A DNA stretch of 32,000 bases from Nitrososphaerota archaeon (lineage in GTDB: Archaea; Thermoproteota; Nitrososphaeria; Nitrososphaerales; Nitrosopumilaceae): contig VHBH01000004.1 in assembly GCA_016872055.1 (NCBI GenBank), positions 45,530 to 77,529 of the forward strand, written 5' to 3'. The position numbers were made by a program, and so were the translations under genes. Shown piece after piece: positions 23,709-32,000 of this stretch (position 1 is the stretch's first letter; each line of letters opens with the position of its first letter). The notes under the pieces were generated by a model that was given only the letters and a program-made list of their open reading frames with translations, made no database searches and had not been told where the DNA came from.

Positions 23709-23927
23709 ATGCTGGTTTGCAGGGGATATTGCAAGACAAAATACAAGGAATACCTGGGTGAGTTCTCGCTAAAATACAACGGGCAGAAAAGATGCGGAAT
23801 ATGCGACGTTTACATGAAAATCCAGGAGATAAAATGCCCGTGCTGCAAATCCGTCTTGCATGTAAGGCCAAGACACTCACGTGCCAAGACAAAATACTAT
23901 GAGAGTAAAAACGTACAGTGGATCTAG
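23709..23927 (+). CDS. Small Cys-rich zinc-ribbon-like protein
   Basis: It is 72 aa with Cys pairs C-x3-C, CGIC and CPCC and a basic C-terminus. TATA TTTTAATC (23679-23686) lies exactly 23 nt upstream of the ATG. Confidence 0.55.
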   Translation: MLVCRGYCKTKYKEYLGEFSLKYNGQKRCGICDVYMKIQEIKCPCCKSVLHVRPRHSRAKTKYYESKNVQWI

Positions 23928-24559
23928 CTGCACTTGGTCACAGAATAGATTCTGTTCTCAAAGTTTGCAGTCTTGATTTCTAGCCTGTTTTCAGCGTCTG
24001 ACTTTCTTGACTTGCTGAGCCTTTCTAACTCGACTAGGGAATCGCCCTTGAAGCCGACTGAAGTGCCAAAGATTGCATCGGTCAGCATTGTTCCATGATC
24101 GCCCTTTTTGACATCATCTACTATGCCGTAAAACTTGATTGCCTCTCTTTTTTGGACCGGGGTTCCGGTTGACTTGTTGAATGCGACTGCAATGTACATG
24201 CCGTTATTTTTGACTGCGACTGGAACCTTGTGATTTTTGCCAGAGGTGCCAGGAATTGTTTCGTTGATCAAAATATCGCATTTATGGTACATGCTTGCTA
24301 CATATGCGTAAAATCTAAAGTCGGCAAACTTACCGGCATCATCACTTTCACAGTCGATAAAAATTCTATGCAACATGACAAGGGCAGTGTCGTTCATGCT
24401 TTGAAGTCTGTCATCAAGACGACCTCGCTCTAAAAGATTTGAACCGCATTCTTTGGCAATTTTTTTCAATATAAAATCAGGCAGATTGTAGTTTTTCAGT
24501 GCGGCAATGTACGAGCCTGCTTGTGACATGCCGAAGCTTGGGAATCCTTTATTGACCAT
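23924..24559 (-). CDS. Hypothetical 211-aa protein
   Basis: It is a long ORF with normal composition and an A/T-rich upstream region. Its 3' end overlaps the zinc-ribbon gene's 3' end by 4 nt (convergent). I recognise no family. Confidence 0.55.
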   Translation of the reverse strand: MVNKGFPSFGMSQAGSYIAALKNYNLPDFILKKIAKECGSNLLERGRLDDRLQSMNDTALVMLHRIFIDCESDDAGKFADFRFYAYVASMYHKCDILINETIPGTSGKNHKVPVAVKNNGMYIAVAFNKSTGTPVQKREAIKFYGIVDDVKKGDHGTMLTDAIFGTSVGFKGDSLVELERLSKSRKSDAENRLEIKTANFENRIYSVTKCS

Positions 24560-24710
24560 GCATATGACCTCCCTTAGAAATAATACAATGAATCATACCC
24601 CGTACCTTATGGTAAAGCTGCTTTTTGCTTATAACTGTTGGGAATAACTAAATTTTCAAACAAAAAAGCCTGATACGATTTATAACTAATTGGTAGGGAA
24701 TTATTAATTC

Positions 24711-26981
24711 GTGGAAATAGAGACGACACAAAAACTCGTAACTGATGTCTATGAAAAACTAGAACAAAACATTTCCAAATTTAGAAATGTTGTCAATCGC
24801 CCACTTACACTCTCTGAAAAAATCCTTGTAGGACACTTGGCGGAATTTGGCGGAAAAGAGCCGGAGCGAGGAAAGAGCTACGTCTTTTTGAGACCTGACA
24901 GAGTAGCACTGCAAGACGTTACGGGGCAAACCGTGATGCTAGAATTCATGCAGGCAGGACTAAAGCAAGTCGCCCTGCCAACCACAGTCCACTGTGATCA
25001 CCTGATCCAGGCAAGGGTGGGTGCAAAGGAAGACACCAAGCTTGCGATTTATGAAAATAATGAGGTTTACACGTTTTTGGAATCTGCTTCCAAAAAATAT
25101 GGTGCGGGATTCTGGAAGCCGGGTGCCGGTATCATACACCAAGTGGTGCTGGAAAACTATGCGTTTCCGGGAGGAATGATGATTGGGACCGACTCACACA
25201 CACCAAACGCTGGAGGCCTTGGAATGGTGGCAGTTGGAGTTGGCGGAATGGATGCAGCAGAAGTGATGGCGGGAATGCCATGGGAGTTGCTATACCCAAA
25301 AAGAATAGGGGTATACCTTACGGGACAGATGAGTGGATGGACTGCACCAAAAGACATCATACTCTATGTTGCAGGCCAGCTAACGGTATCTGGCGGAACT
25401 AATGCAATTATCGAATATTTCGGCCCAGGAGCCAAGACAATCAGCTGCACAGGAAAAGCAACCATAACAAACATGGGTGCAGAAATTGGCGCTACCTGTT
25501 CTATCTTTGAATATGATGAAAAGATGGCAAACTATCTAAGAGCCACCGGCCGAGGACAGCTTGCAGATATTGCAAATCAGCACAAGGATATTCTGACGGA
25601 GGATGAAGACGTGGTGAAAAATCCTACGAAATATTTTGACAAGGTGATAATGATTGATCTCTCAAAACTAGAGCCGCACATTGTTGGTCCACACACGCCT
25701 GACTTGGCAAGGCCTATCTCAAAACTGGCAGAGGATGTAAAAAAGAACAATTATGTCGATGACATTTCCGTTGCGCTAATTGGTAGCTGTACAAATTCAT
25801 CATATGAAGACATGTCACGTGCAGCATCCGTTGCAAAGCAGGCAAAACAAAAAGGGGTTAAGTCAAAGATTCCATTATTAGTGACACCTGGCTCTGAGCA
25901 AGTCAGAGCAACAATAGAGCGAGACGGGCAAATGCAAATGCTAGATGACATCGGTGCAACTGTGTTGGCAAACGCATGTGGTCCATGCATCGGTCAGTGG
26001 AGTAGACCTGAGCTCAAAAACGATAACCCAAATACTATAATCACTTCGTTTAACCGAAATTTCCCTGGACGAAATGACGGAAAACGAAACACTATGAATT
26101 TCATTGGAAGTCCTGAGCTGATAATTGCACTATCACTTGGCGGGAGACTGTCGTTTAACCCAATTAATGACGAGTTAACGGCACAAGACGGAACAAAATT
26201 CAAGCTGGCGCCACCAGAGATCGCACCCGATGTTCCTAAGGATGGATTCAAGACTGGAGTGGACGTCTATGTTTCGCCATCGCAAAACCCAGATTCCGTT
26301 AGTGTGATAATTGATCCAAGCAGCTCAAGACTGCAGAAACTAGAGCCGTTTACTCCATGGGACGGTAATGACTATATCGACTTACCAATAATGGTCAAGG
26401 CAAAGGGGAAGTGTACCACTGATCACATTTCACCTGCTGGCGCCTGGCTATCATATCGGGGACACCTGGACAAGCTGAGTGACAACCTCCTTTTGGGGGC
26501 GGTAAATGCTTTTTCTGGTGATGTAGGCAAGGGCAAAAACACACTGGATAATATCGTAGAGTCTTTTCCAAGCATTGCAAGAAAATACAAGTCAAAGGGC
26601 CTGAAGTGGGTAATAATTGGAGATACCAACTATGGGGAAGGAAGTAGTAGAGAACATGCGGCACTGACTCCAAGGTTTTTGGGATGTGGAGCAGTAATAG
26701 CAAAATCATTTGCAAGAATCCACGAGACAAATCTCAAAAAACAAGGACTACTCGCATTGACATTTTCAAATCCTACCGATTATGACAAAATCCAGGAAAC
26801 AGACCGACTTAGTCTTGTCGACTTGGGCAAGATAGAGCAGGAAAAACCAGTACGATGTATAATAACACACGTAGATGGAAAGAAAGAAGAGATTTACCTA
26901 TCCCACACATTCAACTCTTCGCAGATTGAATGGTTCAGACAAGGCTCTGCGCTAAACGTTTTACGAAATAAATCAAGATAA
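24711..26981 (+). CDS. acn: Aconitate hydratase (monomeric, mitochondrial-type aconitase)
   Basis: It is 756 aa with the Fe-S ligand motifs IGSCTNSS and NACGPCIGQW, a GTDSHT substrate motif and a C-terminal swivel domain. The start is GTG at 24711, with TATA TTTATAAC (24679-24686) 25 nt upstream. Confidence 0.93.
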   Translation: MEIETTQKLVTDVYEKLEQNISKFRNVVNRPLTLSEKILVGHLAEFGGKEPERGKSYVFLRPDRVALQDVTGQTVMLEFMQAGLKQVALPTTVHCDHLIQARVGAKEDTKLAIYENNEVYTFLESASKKYGAGFWKPGAGIIHQVVLENYAFPGGMMIGTDSHTPNAGGLGMVAVGVGGMDAAEVMAGMPWELLYPKRIGVYLTGQMSGWTAPKDIILYVAGQLTVSGGTNAIIEYFGPGAKTISCTGKATITNMGAEIGATCSIFEYDEKMANYLRATGRGQLADIANQHKDILTEDEDVVKNPTKYFDKVIMIDLSKLEPHIVGPHTPDLARPISKLAEDVKKNNYVDDISVALIGSCTNSSYEDMSRAASVAKQAKQKGVKSKIPLLVTPGSEQVRATIERDGQMQMLDDIGATVLANACGPCIGQWSRPELKNDNPNTIITSFNRNFPGRNDGKRNTMNFIGSPELIIALSLGGRLSFNPINDELTAQDGTKFKLAPPEIAPDVPKDGFKTGVDVYVSPSQNPDSVSVIIDPSSSRLQKLEPFTPWDGNDYIDLPIMVKAKGKCTTDHISPAGAWLSYRGHLDKLSDNLLLGAVNAFSGDVGKGKNTLDNIVESFPSIARKYKSKGLKWVIIGDTNYGEGSSREHAALTPRFLGCGAVIAKSFARIHETNLKKQGLLALTFSNPTDYDKIQETDRLSLVDLGKIEQEKPVRCIITHVDGKKEEIYLSHTFNSSQIEWFRQGSALNVLRNKSR

Positions 26982-26983
26982 CG

Positions 26984-27136
26984 TGGGGCCGACCGGAGTT
27001 GAACCGGCGATCTACAGGTCACTGCAGCTCCAAACTCACATCATCTTGTGAAATCAGTTTGGATTGTATTACTTCTGGAGCCTCTAGCGATGACTTTGTC
27101 AATCATAGTCGCCTTACCAGGCTGGGCTACGACCCC
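26984..27136 (-). tRNA. tRNA-Trp (CCA) with two introns: 24 nt in the anticodon stem (about 27084-27107) and 55 nt at 37/38 (about 27020-27074)
   Basis: After removing the inserts, the reverse complement gives GGGGTCG TA GCCCAGCCTGGTAAGGC G ACAGG CTCCAGA CCTGT AGATC GCCGG TTCAACT CCGGT CGGCCCC A. TATA AATAAATC (27161-27168) lies 25 nt upstream. The 3' end is 3 nt from the aconitase stop. Intron boundaries are uncertain by a few nt. Confidence 0.75.
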
Positions 27137-27224
27137 ACGAATTAAACAAATCCAGACTTGGATTTATTCTATCTGGTGCCGTCAAAAAATTAGATTTATT
27201 ATAAAATCAAAGATTCAATGTGTA

Positions 27225-27761
27225 ATGGCAAAACCCATTCTCATAATAGGTGCGTTGATTCCAGTGATCTTTGCCATTTTGATCGCAATCCCAATGATTA
27301 TGAACCCACAAATTCCGTTTACTGCTGCAAACGCTGACGATAAAATCAACATAGAGCTGATAAAGTATGATCTCAAAAAAATCTCACTTGGGGTAACTGA
27401 CAGGCTTGCGCCACAAAAATCCGAAATCCTGACCATATCTGATGATGGCGCATTAAAGTATACTCTGAATGTACCAGATGTTGCGCCAGTGGAGAAGACC
27501 ATGATCTTACCAAAGGGAAATGTGACCAAAATCACTGCGCTGATAAAAGAGACTGGCTTTATGCAATTACCGATTGACAACATTTCTGCAGATGAATCTC
27601 AAACCGAATTTACAAAATTCTCACTCAAAGTAACGCTAAACGGCAAAACAAAACATATCCAGTGGGCAGAACAAAATACCACATCAACATTTGTTCCACC
27701 ACTGATATCAAGGTTGGAGCTAGAACTTGAACAGCTCATTGATTATGTAGAAAAGAACTGA
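27225..27761 (+). CDS. Membrane-anchored hypothetical protein
   Basis: The 178-aa product starts MAKPILIIGALIPVIFAILIAIPMIM (a TM anchor). I moved the start from the track's 27048, which runs through the tRNA-Trp gene, to ATG 27225. TATA TTTATTAT (27195-27202) lies 23 nt upstream of that ATG. Confidence 0.6.
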   Translation: MAKPILIIGALIPVIFAILIAIPMIMNPQIPFTAANADDKINIELIKYDLKKISLGVTDRLAPQKSEILTISDDGALKYTLNVPDVAPVEKTMILPKGNVTKITALIKETGFMQLPIDNISADESQTEFTKFSLKVTLNGKTKHIQWAEQNTTSTFVPPLISRLELELEQLIDYVEKN

Positions 27762-28040
27762 CCACAATCAACTACACCCTATCATCTTTCCAACATGCGT
27801 ATTTCTAACACTCTGATTTCATCTTCTAAAATCATCCCTGTCATATTCAATAGGCTTTTGTTTTGCCATTATTTTCTTTACGGACATTTTGCCTAAAATA
27901 TTATGTCGCGAATTACATGTCACAAACATGTGTTAAAAGCCCACAAGTAAAACGGAACCTCTGCGTGAATCGTAGACAATTGCTAGTGATCTGCGCACGC
28001 AAAACTTTAGTGGTAATTATATTGCACATTTCCCTATTCC

Positions 28041-28048
28041 TATAAATA
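28041..28048 (+). promoter_or_regulatory. pdxS TATA box (TATAAATA)
   Basis: It lies 23 nt upstream of ATG 28071. Confidence 0.65.
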
Positions 28049-28070
28049 AGCAAAATTAGCTAATGTCTTT

Positions 28071-29039
28071 ATGATTCCACTATCCGGTGACCTACCAAGC
28101 GCAAAGGGTAAAGTGAGTGAGCGAGTAGGTGCATCTTCCAGAGTACGTGGAACATCCACACTCAAACGCGGATTTGCACACATGCTCAAAAATGGTGTAG
28201 TCATGGATGTCACAACAGTAGAGCAGGCCCAAATAGCAGAAGAAGCTGGAGCCGTCTCTGTAATGGTTTTAGACAAACTTCCGTCCGATGTGCGAAAGGC
28301 AGGAGGAGTTGCAAGAACTGCAAGCATACGAGTAATAGAGGAAATAATGGACGCAGTGACAATACCCGTCATGGCAAAGTGCAGAATAGGTCATGTGTAT
28401 GAAGCTCGTGTACTAGAAGAGACAAACGTGGACATGATTGATGAATCCGAAGTGCTAACACCAGCTGACGAAACTCATCACATCTGGAAATGGGACTTTA
28501 CAACTCCGTTTGTCAATGGTGCAAGATCCTTGGCAGAGGCATTGCGGAGAATAGAGGAAGGTGCCGCAATGATTAGGACCAAGGGAGAGCCTGGAACTGG
28601 AAATGTTGCAGAAGCAGTAACACATATCAAAAAAGTAAATGACGAATTACGATTAATCAAATCAGTTTATGACTCTGGGGATCACCAGGATCTGGTCAGA
28701 ATTGCAAGAGAATTCAAAGTATCATATGATCTGGTGGAACAAACTGCACGTGTTGGCAGATTACCAGTTGTGAATTTTGCAGCAGGCGGAATTGCAACAC
28801 CAGCAGATGCTGCCTATCTTATGTCACTGGGATGTGACGGAATCTTTGTTGGCTCTGGTATATTTAAAGCGGAAGATGCCAAAGAGCGAGCGTTAGCAAT
28901 TGTACTTGCAACTACATTTTGGGAAGATGCAGACAAGGTCAAAGAGGCCCAGAGAATGATAGATGAGCGACAATCAATCCTGGGACTTGATGTCAAAAAT
29001 CTCGAAATGCGAATGCAAGAGCGTGGTAGTACGGCATGA
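28071..29039 (+). CDS. pdxS: Pyridoxal 5'-phosphate synthase, synthase subunit PdxS
   Basis: It has [44 protein letters not shown] and the [13 protein letters not shown] motifs typical of PdxS/SNZ. Confidence 0.93.
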   Translation: MIPLSGDLPSAKGKVSERVGASSRVRGTSTLKRGFAHMLKNGVVMDVTTVEQAQIAEEAGAVSVMVLDKLPSDVRKAGGVARTASIRVIEEIMDAVTIPVMAKCRIGHVYEARVLEETNVDMIDESEVLTPADETHHIWKWDFTTPFVNGARSLAEALRRIEEGAAMIRTKGEPGTGNVAEAVTHIKKVNDELRLIKSVYDSGDHQDLVRIAREFKVSYDLVEQTARVGRLPVVNFAAGGIATPADAAYLMSLGCDGIFVGSGIFKAEDAKERALAIVLATTFWEDADKVKEAQRMIDERQSILGLDVKNLEMRMQERGSTA

Positions 29040-29746
29040 GCGTAAATGTTGGCGTTTTGGGAATTCAAGGAGATGTTGCAGAAAATATTGCGGCAACTCG
29101 AGCAGCTCTAGGACGAGCAGGAATCAAAGGTATCGTGCGACAGGTAAAGACATCATTAGAGATTTCAAAGCTGGACGCGTTGATATTGCCAGGGGGCGAG
29201 AGCACCATGATGGGACAAATGACACTAGTCAACGGGGCAATAAAGACAATCAAGGACAAAATCCAAAAAGGAATGCCTGTATTTGGAATATGCGCAGGCC
29301 TGATTTTGTTATCCAAACATGCCGAAGATAGAATTGTTGGAAAAATGGATCAACCGCTATTGGAATTACTGGATGTGCGAGTGGAGAGAAACTCGTTTGG
29401 ACGACAACGCGACTCATTTGAGACAGAAATCTCTGCACAGCCAATAGGAATACCAAAATCCCACGGCGTGTTTATTCGGGCACCATCAATTGAAGGAATT
29501 GGCAAGGACGTTCAGACAATCTCAAAGTATAATGAAAAAGTGGTTGCGGTAAAACAAGGAAATATTTTGGGTGTTGCATTTCATCCGGAGCTGACCGGTG
29601 ACGTTTCATGGCACCGATACTTTGTATCAATGATAAAGCCACAAAATAACAACCATAAACCACAAAACCAAAAACCCAAACAAAACAACCAAAAACCAAA
29701 GCAGCAAAATATTCCAAAACCTAAACCGCAAAACAACAAAAAATAA
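29036..29746 (+). CDS. pdxT: Pyridoxal 5'-phosphate synthase, glutaminase subunit PdxT, with a 36-aa K/P/Q/N-rich C-terminal extension
   Basis: It has GVLGIQGD, the catalytic GICAG and the FHPE motif. Its ATG overlaps the pdxS TGA (ATGA). The low-complexity tail follows the conserved core. Confidence 0.9.
   Translation: MSVNVGVLGIQGDVAENIAATRAALGRAGIKGIVRQVKTSLEISKLDALILPGGESTMMGQMTLVNGAIKTIKDKIQKGMPVFGICAGLILLSKHAEDRIVGKMDQPLLELLDVRVERNSFGRQRDSFETEISAQPIGIPKSHGVFIRAPSIEGIGKDVQTISKYNEKVVAVKQGNILGVAFHPELTGDVSWHRYFVSMIKPQNNNHKPQNQKPKQNNQKPKQQNIPKPKPQNNKK
29636..29743 (+). repeat. A/C-rich low-complexity coding tract ([36 protein letters not shown])
   Basis: The tract consists almost entirely of A and C on the coding strand, with reiterated CCACAAAA / CCAAAAC units. 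Confidence 0.8.
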
Positions 29747-29785
29747 CCTCATCGATAATATTATTCTGGATTTTGTAGTGCATCA

Positions 29786-30352
29786 TTGGATGATCAGCTG
29801 TTACACATAAGAAGAGCATTTGGAATTCTATTTGTTTTGGTGTCCGCGGCAGTATCTGTCGCATCCACACTTAGCTTGATAATTTCACTGGAGAACTATC
29901 CTGTGTTTTGGTATGCCATTGTATGGACTACCTCATTTGGTATTCCATTTGGTGCGTATTTTGCAAAATCTAGAGCAAAACTGATGATGATTAGACAGCG
30001 AATGAAAAACAGCGTTAGCTGGTCCACACCAGTCAAAGCAGTAAATGGATTATGCTGGGCTTTGCCTTTTGCACTAATTGGTATTTTTCCATCATTAATT
30101 CAGTACCTGATATTGTTTGGGATAGGACTTGGAAATCTTTCCACATACATCCTTATGCGAAAATTCAGTGGAGTGACAAATAACGAGCAATTGATGGTAG
30201 GTGCTGTATCGTTGGCTTTTATTCCAGCTGCAGTACAAATTGATCAAACAATATTTTTGCATAATCAACCGTTTGCAGTATTTTTATCTAGAATACTGAT
30301 TGCGATATCGTATGCACTGGGTGGAATTTTTGCACTGTTGTCTAGGAAATAA
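29786..30352 (+). CDS. Polytopic membrane protein of unknown function
   Basis: It is 188 aa with about five hydrophobic segments. The start is TTG 29786, with TATA ATAATATT (29755-29762) 24 nt upstream. No early in-frame ATG exists. Confidence 0.6.
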   Translation: MDDQLLHIRRAFGILFVLVSAAVSVASTLSLIISLENYPVFWYAIVWTTSFGIPFGAYFAKSRAKLMMIRQRMKNSVSWSTPVKAVNGLCWALPFALIGIFPSLIQYLILFGIGLGNLSTYILMRKFSGVTNNEQLMVGAVSLAFIPAAVQIDQTIFLHNQPFAVFLSRILIAISYALGGIFALLSRK

Positions 30353-30379
30353 TTGTAAAACAAATAATGTCTGTAATCT

Positions 30380-32000
30380 TTACTGAATTCTATGCATTGG
30401 AATTAAATCCTTTGCAAATATTTTAAGCGACTCTTGAATCTCTTTTGATATGGAATCTTTTAGTGATAACCCTTTTGATTTCTTTTCATTCCAGACCTTG
30501 GAATTGAATTCCTCAATTTCTTTTGTGTACTGACTCATGTCTAGAAAGCCTTCTGGCTTTGGACGCTTTTGTCTGTGAATTGTTTCATTAGAGTATAGTT
30601 CCTGCCAGAGATGATCCGTGATAAATGGAGAAATTGGTGCAAGCAAGAGCAGTATTGTGGATAAAACCCTGTGTAATGTGTAAATTGCCGCATTTTTTTC
30701 TGCCTCTGTAAAACCTTCACCGTATGCACGCGCCTTTACCATCTCGATATAGTGAGCTGCAAACAGATTCCAGGTGAATTCACGAATTGCTATTGCAGGC
30801 ACAAAAAAGTTGTATTCAGAGTAGCCTTTTTGGCATTCTACAATGACTCGGTCCAATTCTGATAGGATCCACTTATCTGTAGCAGTTGGTTCTGCCTTTT
30901 CTATTATATCATAGCTAGAAATGAACCGAGATACATTCCAAAGCTTGGATAGGAATTTTTTTGTTGCCTCTATTTTCTGCTCAGAGCACCTAAAGTCATA
31001 ACCGTGATTGATCTCTGATGCACTCCAAAATCGAAAAGTATCTGCGCCAAATTTTTCAATTATTGGTAGTGGGTCTACTGCATTGCCTTTACTCTTTGAC
31101 ATTTTCATTCCTTTCTCATCCAGACCATATCCCATTATCCAGGCCTCAGACCATGGACTGGAACCTGTGAGCTGATCGCATCGCAATATTGTATAGTACA
31201 ACCAGGTTCGAACAATATCTTTAGCCTGCGGTCGTAGAGTTGCTGGATAGGTCTTTTTAAAAAATTCTGAATCCTTGTTGTACTTTGAGATGAATAATGG
31301 TGAGACTGATGAGTCCATCCAAGTATCAAATGTTCTAGTTTCGCCAACAAATTCTTTAGCTCCACATTTTTTGCACTGCTCAAATGGTGCAGGATCTAAC
31401 CATGGTTTGTAGTATTTTCCGGGAGTTGGTACATGTGGATCCGAGCAGGCCTTGCAGTACCAGATTGGGATTTCTGTTCCATAATATCGTCTTCTGGATA
31501 TAGGCCAGTCAATTGATATGGAGTCTAGCCAGTTCATCAGGATTTGTTTGTGCATGTCTGGATAAAATTTGATTTTCTGTCCAATTTCGCGAATTTTTTC
31601 TATAACGTCAATCTGTTTTACGTAATATTCCTCCATGGGTATGATTTCAATTGGAATTTTACTGCGCTCAGAAACCGGCGTTCTGTGAGTAATTTCCTCG
31701 ATTTTCTCAACTAGGCTGGCATTTTGCAAGTCTTCGATTATCTGGTTTCTTGCCTGCTTGACTTTGAGGCCTGCATATTTCCCTGCAGATTCTGTCATCA
31801 AGCCGTTCATACCAATTGCAACAATTTCTTCTAGTTTCATTTCTCGAAATAGAGCAACGTCGTTTTGGTCACCATATGAACAGACCATGACAGCGCCGGA
31901 ACCAAATTCCTTCTGTGCAGAGTGATGCGTCCTAATTGTGACTTCTCTGTTTATTACTGGAACGATGATTTTTTTGTCAACAACATCTTGGTATCTTGAG
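30380..32000 (-). CDS. valS: Valyl-tRNA synthetase, C-terminal about 540 codons (N-terminus beyond the window end)
   Basis: It has GMKMSKSKGN (KMSKS), DTWMDSS, RPQAKDIVRTWLYYTILR and the MVCSYGDQNDV editing-domain region. The frame stays open upstream of the track's internal Met (…VVDKKIIVPVINREVTIRTHHSAQKEFGSGAVMVC) to the window edge. Confidence 0.85.
   Translation of the reverse strand, partial: SRYQDVVDKKIIVPVINREVTIRTHHSAQKEFGSGAVMVCSYGDQNDVALFREMKLEEIVAIGMNGLMTESAGKYAGLKVKQARNQIIEDLQNASLVEKIEEITHRTPVSERSKIPIEIIPMEEYYVKQIDVIEKIREIGQKIKFYPDMHKQILMNWLDSISIDWPISRRRYYGTEIPIWYCKACSDPHVPTPGKYYKPWLDPAPFEQCKKCGAKEFVGETRTFDTWMDSSVSPLFISKYNKDSEFFKKTYPATLRPQAKDIVRTWLYYTILRCDQLTGSSPWSEAWIMGYGLDEKGMKMSKSKGNAVDPLPIIEKFGADTFRFWSASEINHGYDFRCSEQKIEATKKFLSKLWNVSRFISSYDIIEKAEPTATDKWILSELDRVIVECQKGYSEYNFFVPAIAIREFTWNLFAAHYIEMVKARAYGEGFTEAEKNAAIYTLHRVLSTILLLLAPISPFITDHLWQELYSNETIHRQKRPKPEGFLDMSQYTKEIEEFNSKVWNEKKSKGLSLKDSISKEIQESLKIFAKDLIPMHRIQ

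Noticed and set aside
27020-27074. Treating the tRNA-Trp intron complementarity to the anticodon arm as proof of a methylation guide
   Set aside because: Intron-anticodon pairing is required anyway for the splicing bulge-helix-bulge. The fifth-nucleotide rule does not point at C34 with any D-box candidate I could place, so I downgraded it to a hypothesis in the findings.
27048-27224. N-terminal extension of the 27048-27761 ORF
   Set aside because: The extension runs through the tRNA-Trp gene (26984-27136) and its promoter. The TATA-spacing rule and the TM-anchor N-terminus support ATG 27225 instead.
27863-28045. 60-aa TTG-initiated ORF in the gap upstream of pdxS
   Set aside because: It has an implausible composition (Cys/Leu/Val-rich, no domain pattern). 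It runs through the pdxS TATA box. Short fragmented minus-strand frames in the same gap (16-22 codons) are also unconvincing.
1-32000. Search for CRISPR arrays, IS elements or transposases, integrases, rRNA genes and prophage hallmarks
   Set aside because: I saw no spaced direct-repeat array, no transposase or integrase-like ORF, no terminal inverted repeats and no rRNA-like sequence. The tRNA-flanked dam/regulator islet shows no duplicated tRNA 3' fragment (att-like repeat) that I could detect by eye.

Overview
This is a compact, AT-rich chromosomal segment from an ammonia-oxidising thaumarchaeon (Nitrosopumilus-like, judged from the AmoA/B/C/X proteins). The centre (7.5-11.6 kb) holds the archaeal ammonia monooxygenase locus: amoB on the minus strand, then amoC, amoX and amoA on the plus strand. 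It is flanked by three small membrane or secreted protein genes that may be further AMO components. The rest is mostly housekeeping: eS1, uS15, SerRS, TrpRS, PheRS alpha and beta, partial ValRS, RecJ/GAN-like DHH protein, Pcc1, PPAT, aconitase, PdxS/PdxT, a GGR-family flavoprotein and a MoxR/CbbQ-type AAA+ ATPase. An orphan Dam-family methyltransferase sits directly after amoA. I folded five tRNA genes by hand, and three carry introns: tRNA-Leu and tRNA-Trp have two each, tRNA-Ile has one. Nearly every gene and tRNA has an A/T-rich TATA octamer 22-25 nt upstream of its first base, which implies leaderless mRNAs, several starting with TTG or GTG. One TATA box is shared symmetrically by the divergent trpS and pheS genes. 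Other points worth follow-up are two inverted repeats in the amoB/amoC divergent intergenic region, a wHTH regulator with a B12-binding-like domain lacking the His ligand, and a GC-rich structured-RNA candidate in a 600-bp gap. Two promoter-backed micro-ORFs and a K/P/Q/N-rich tail on PdxT also stand out. I saw no CRISPR array, transposase or rRNA. All calls rest on reading the sequence and remembered family motifs; no database search was possible.
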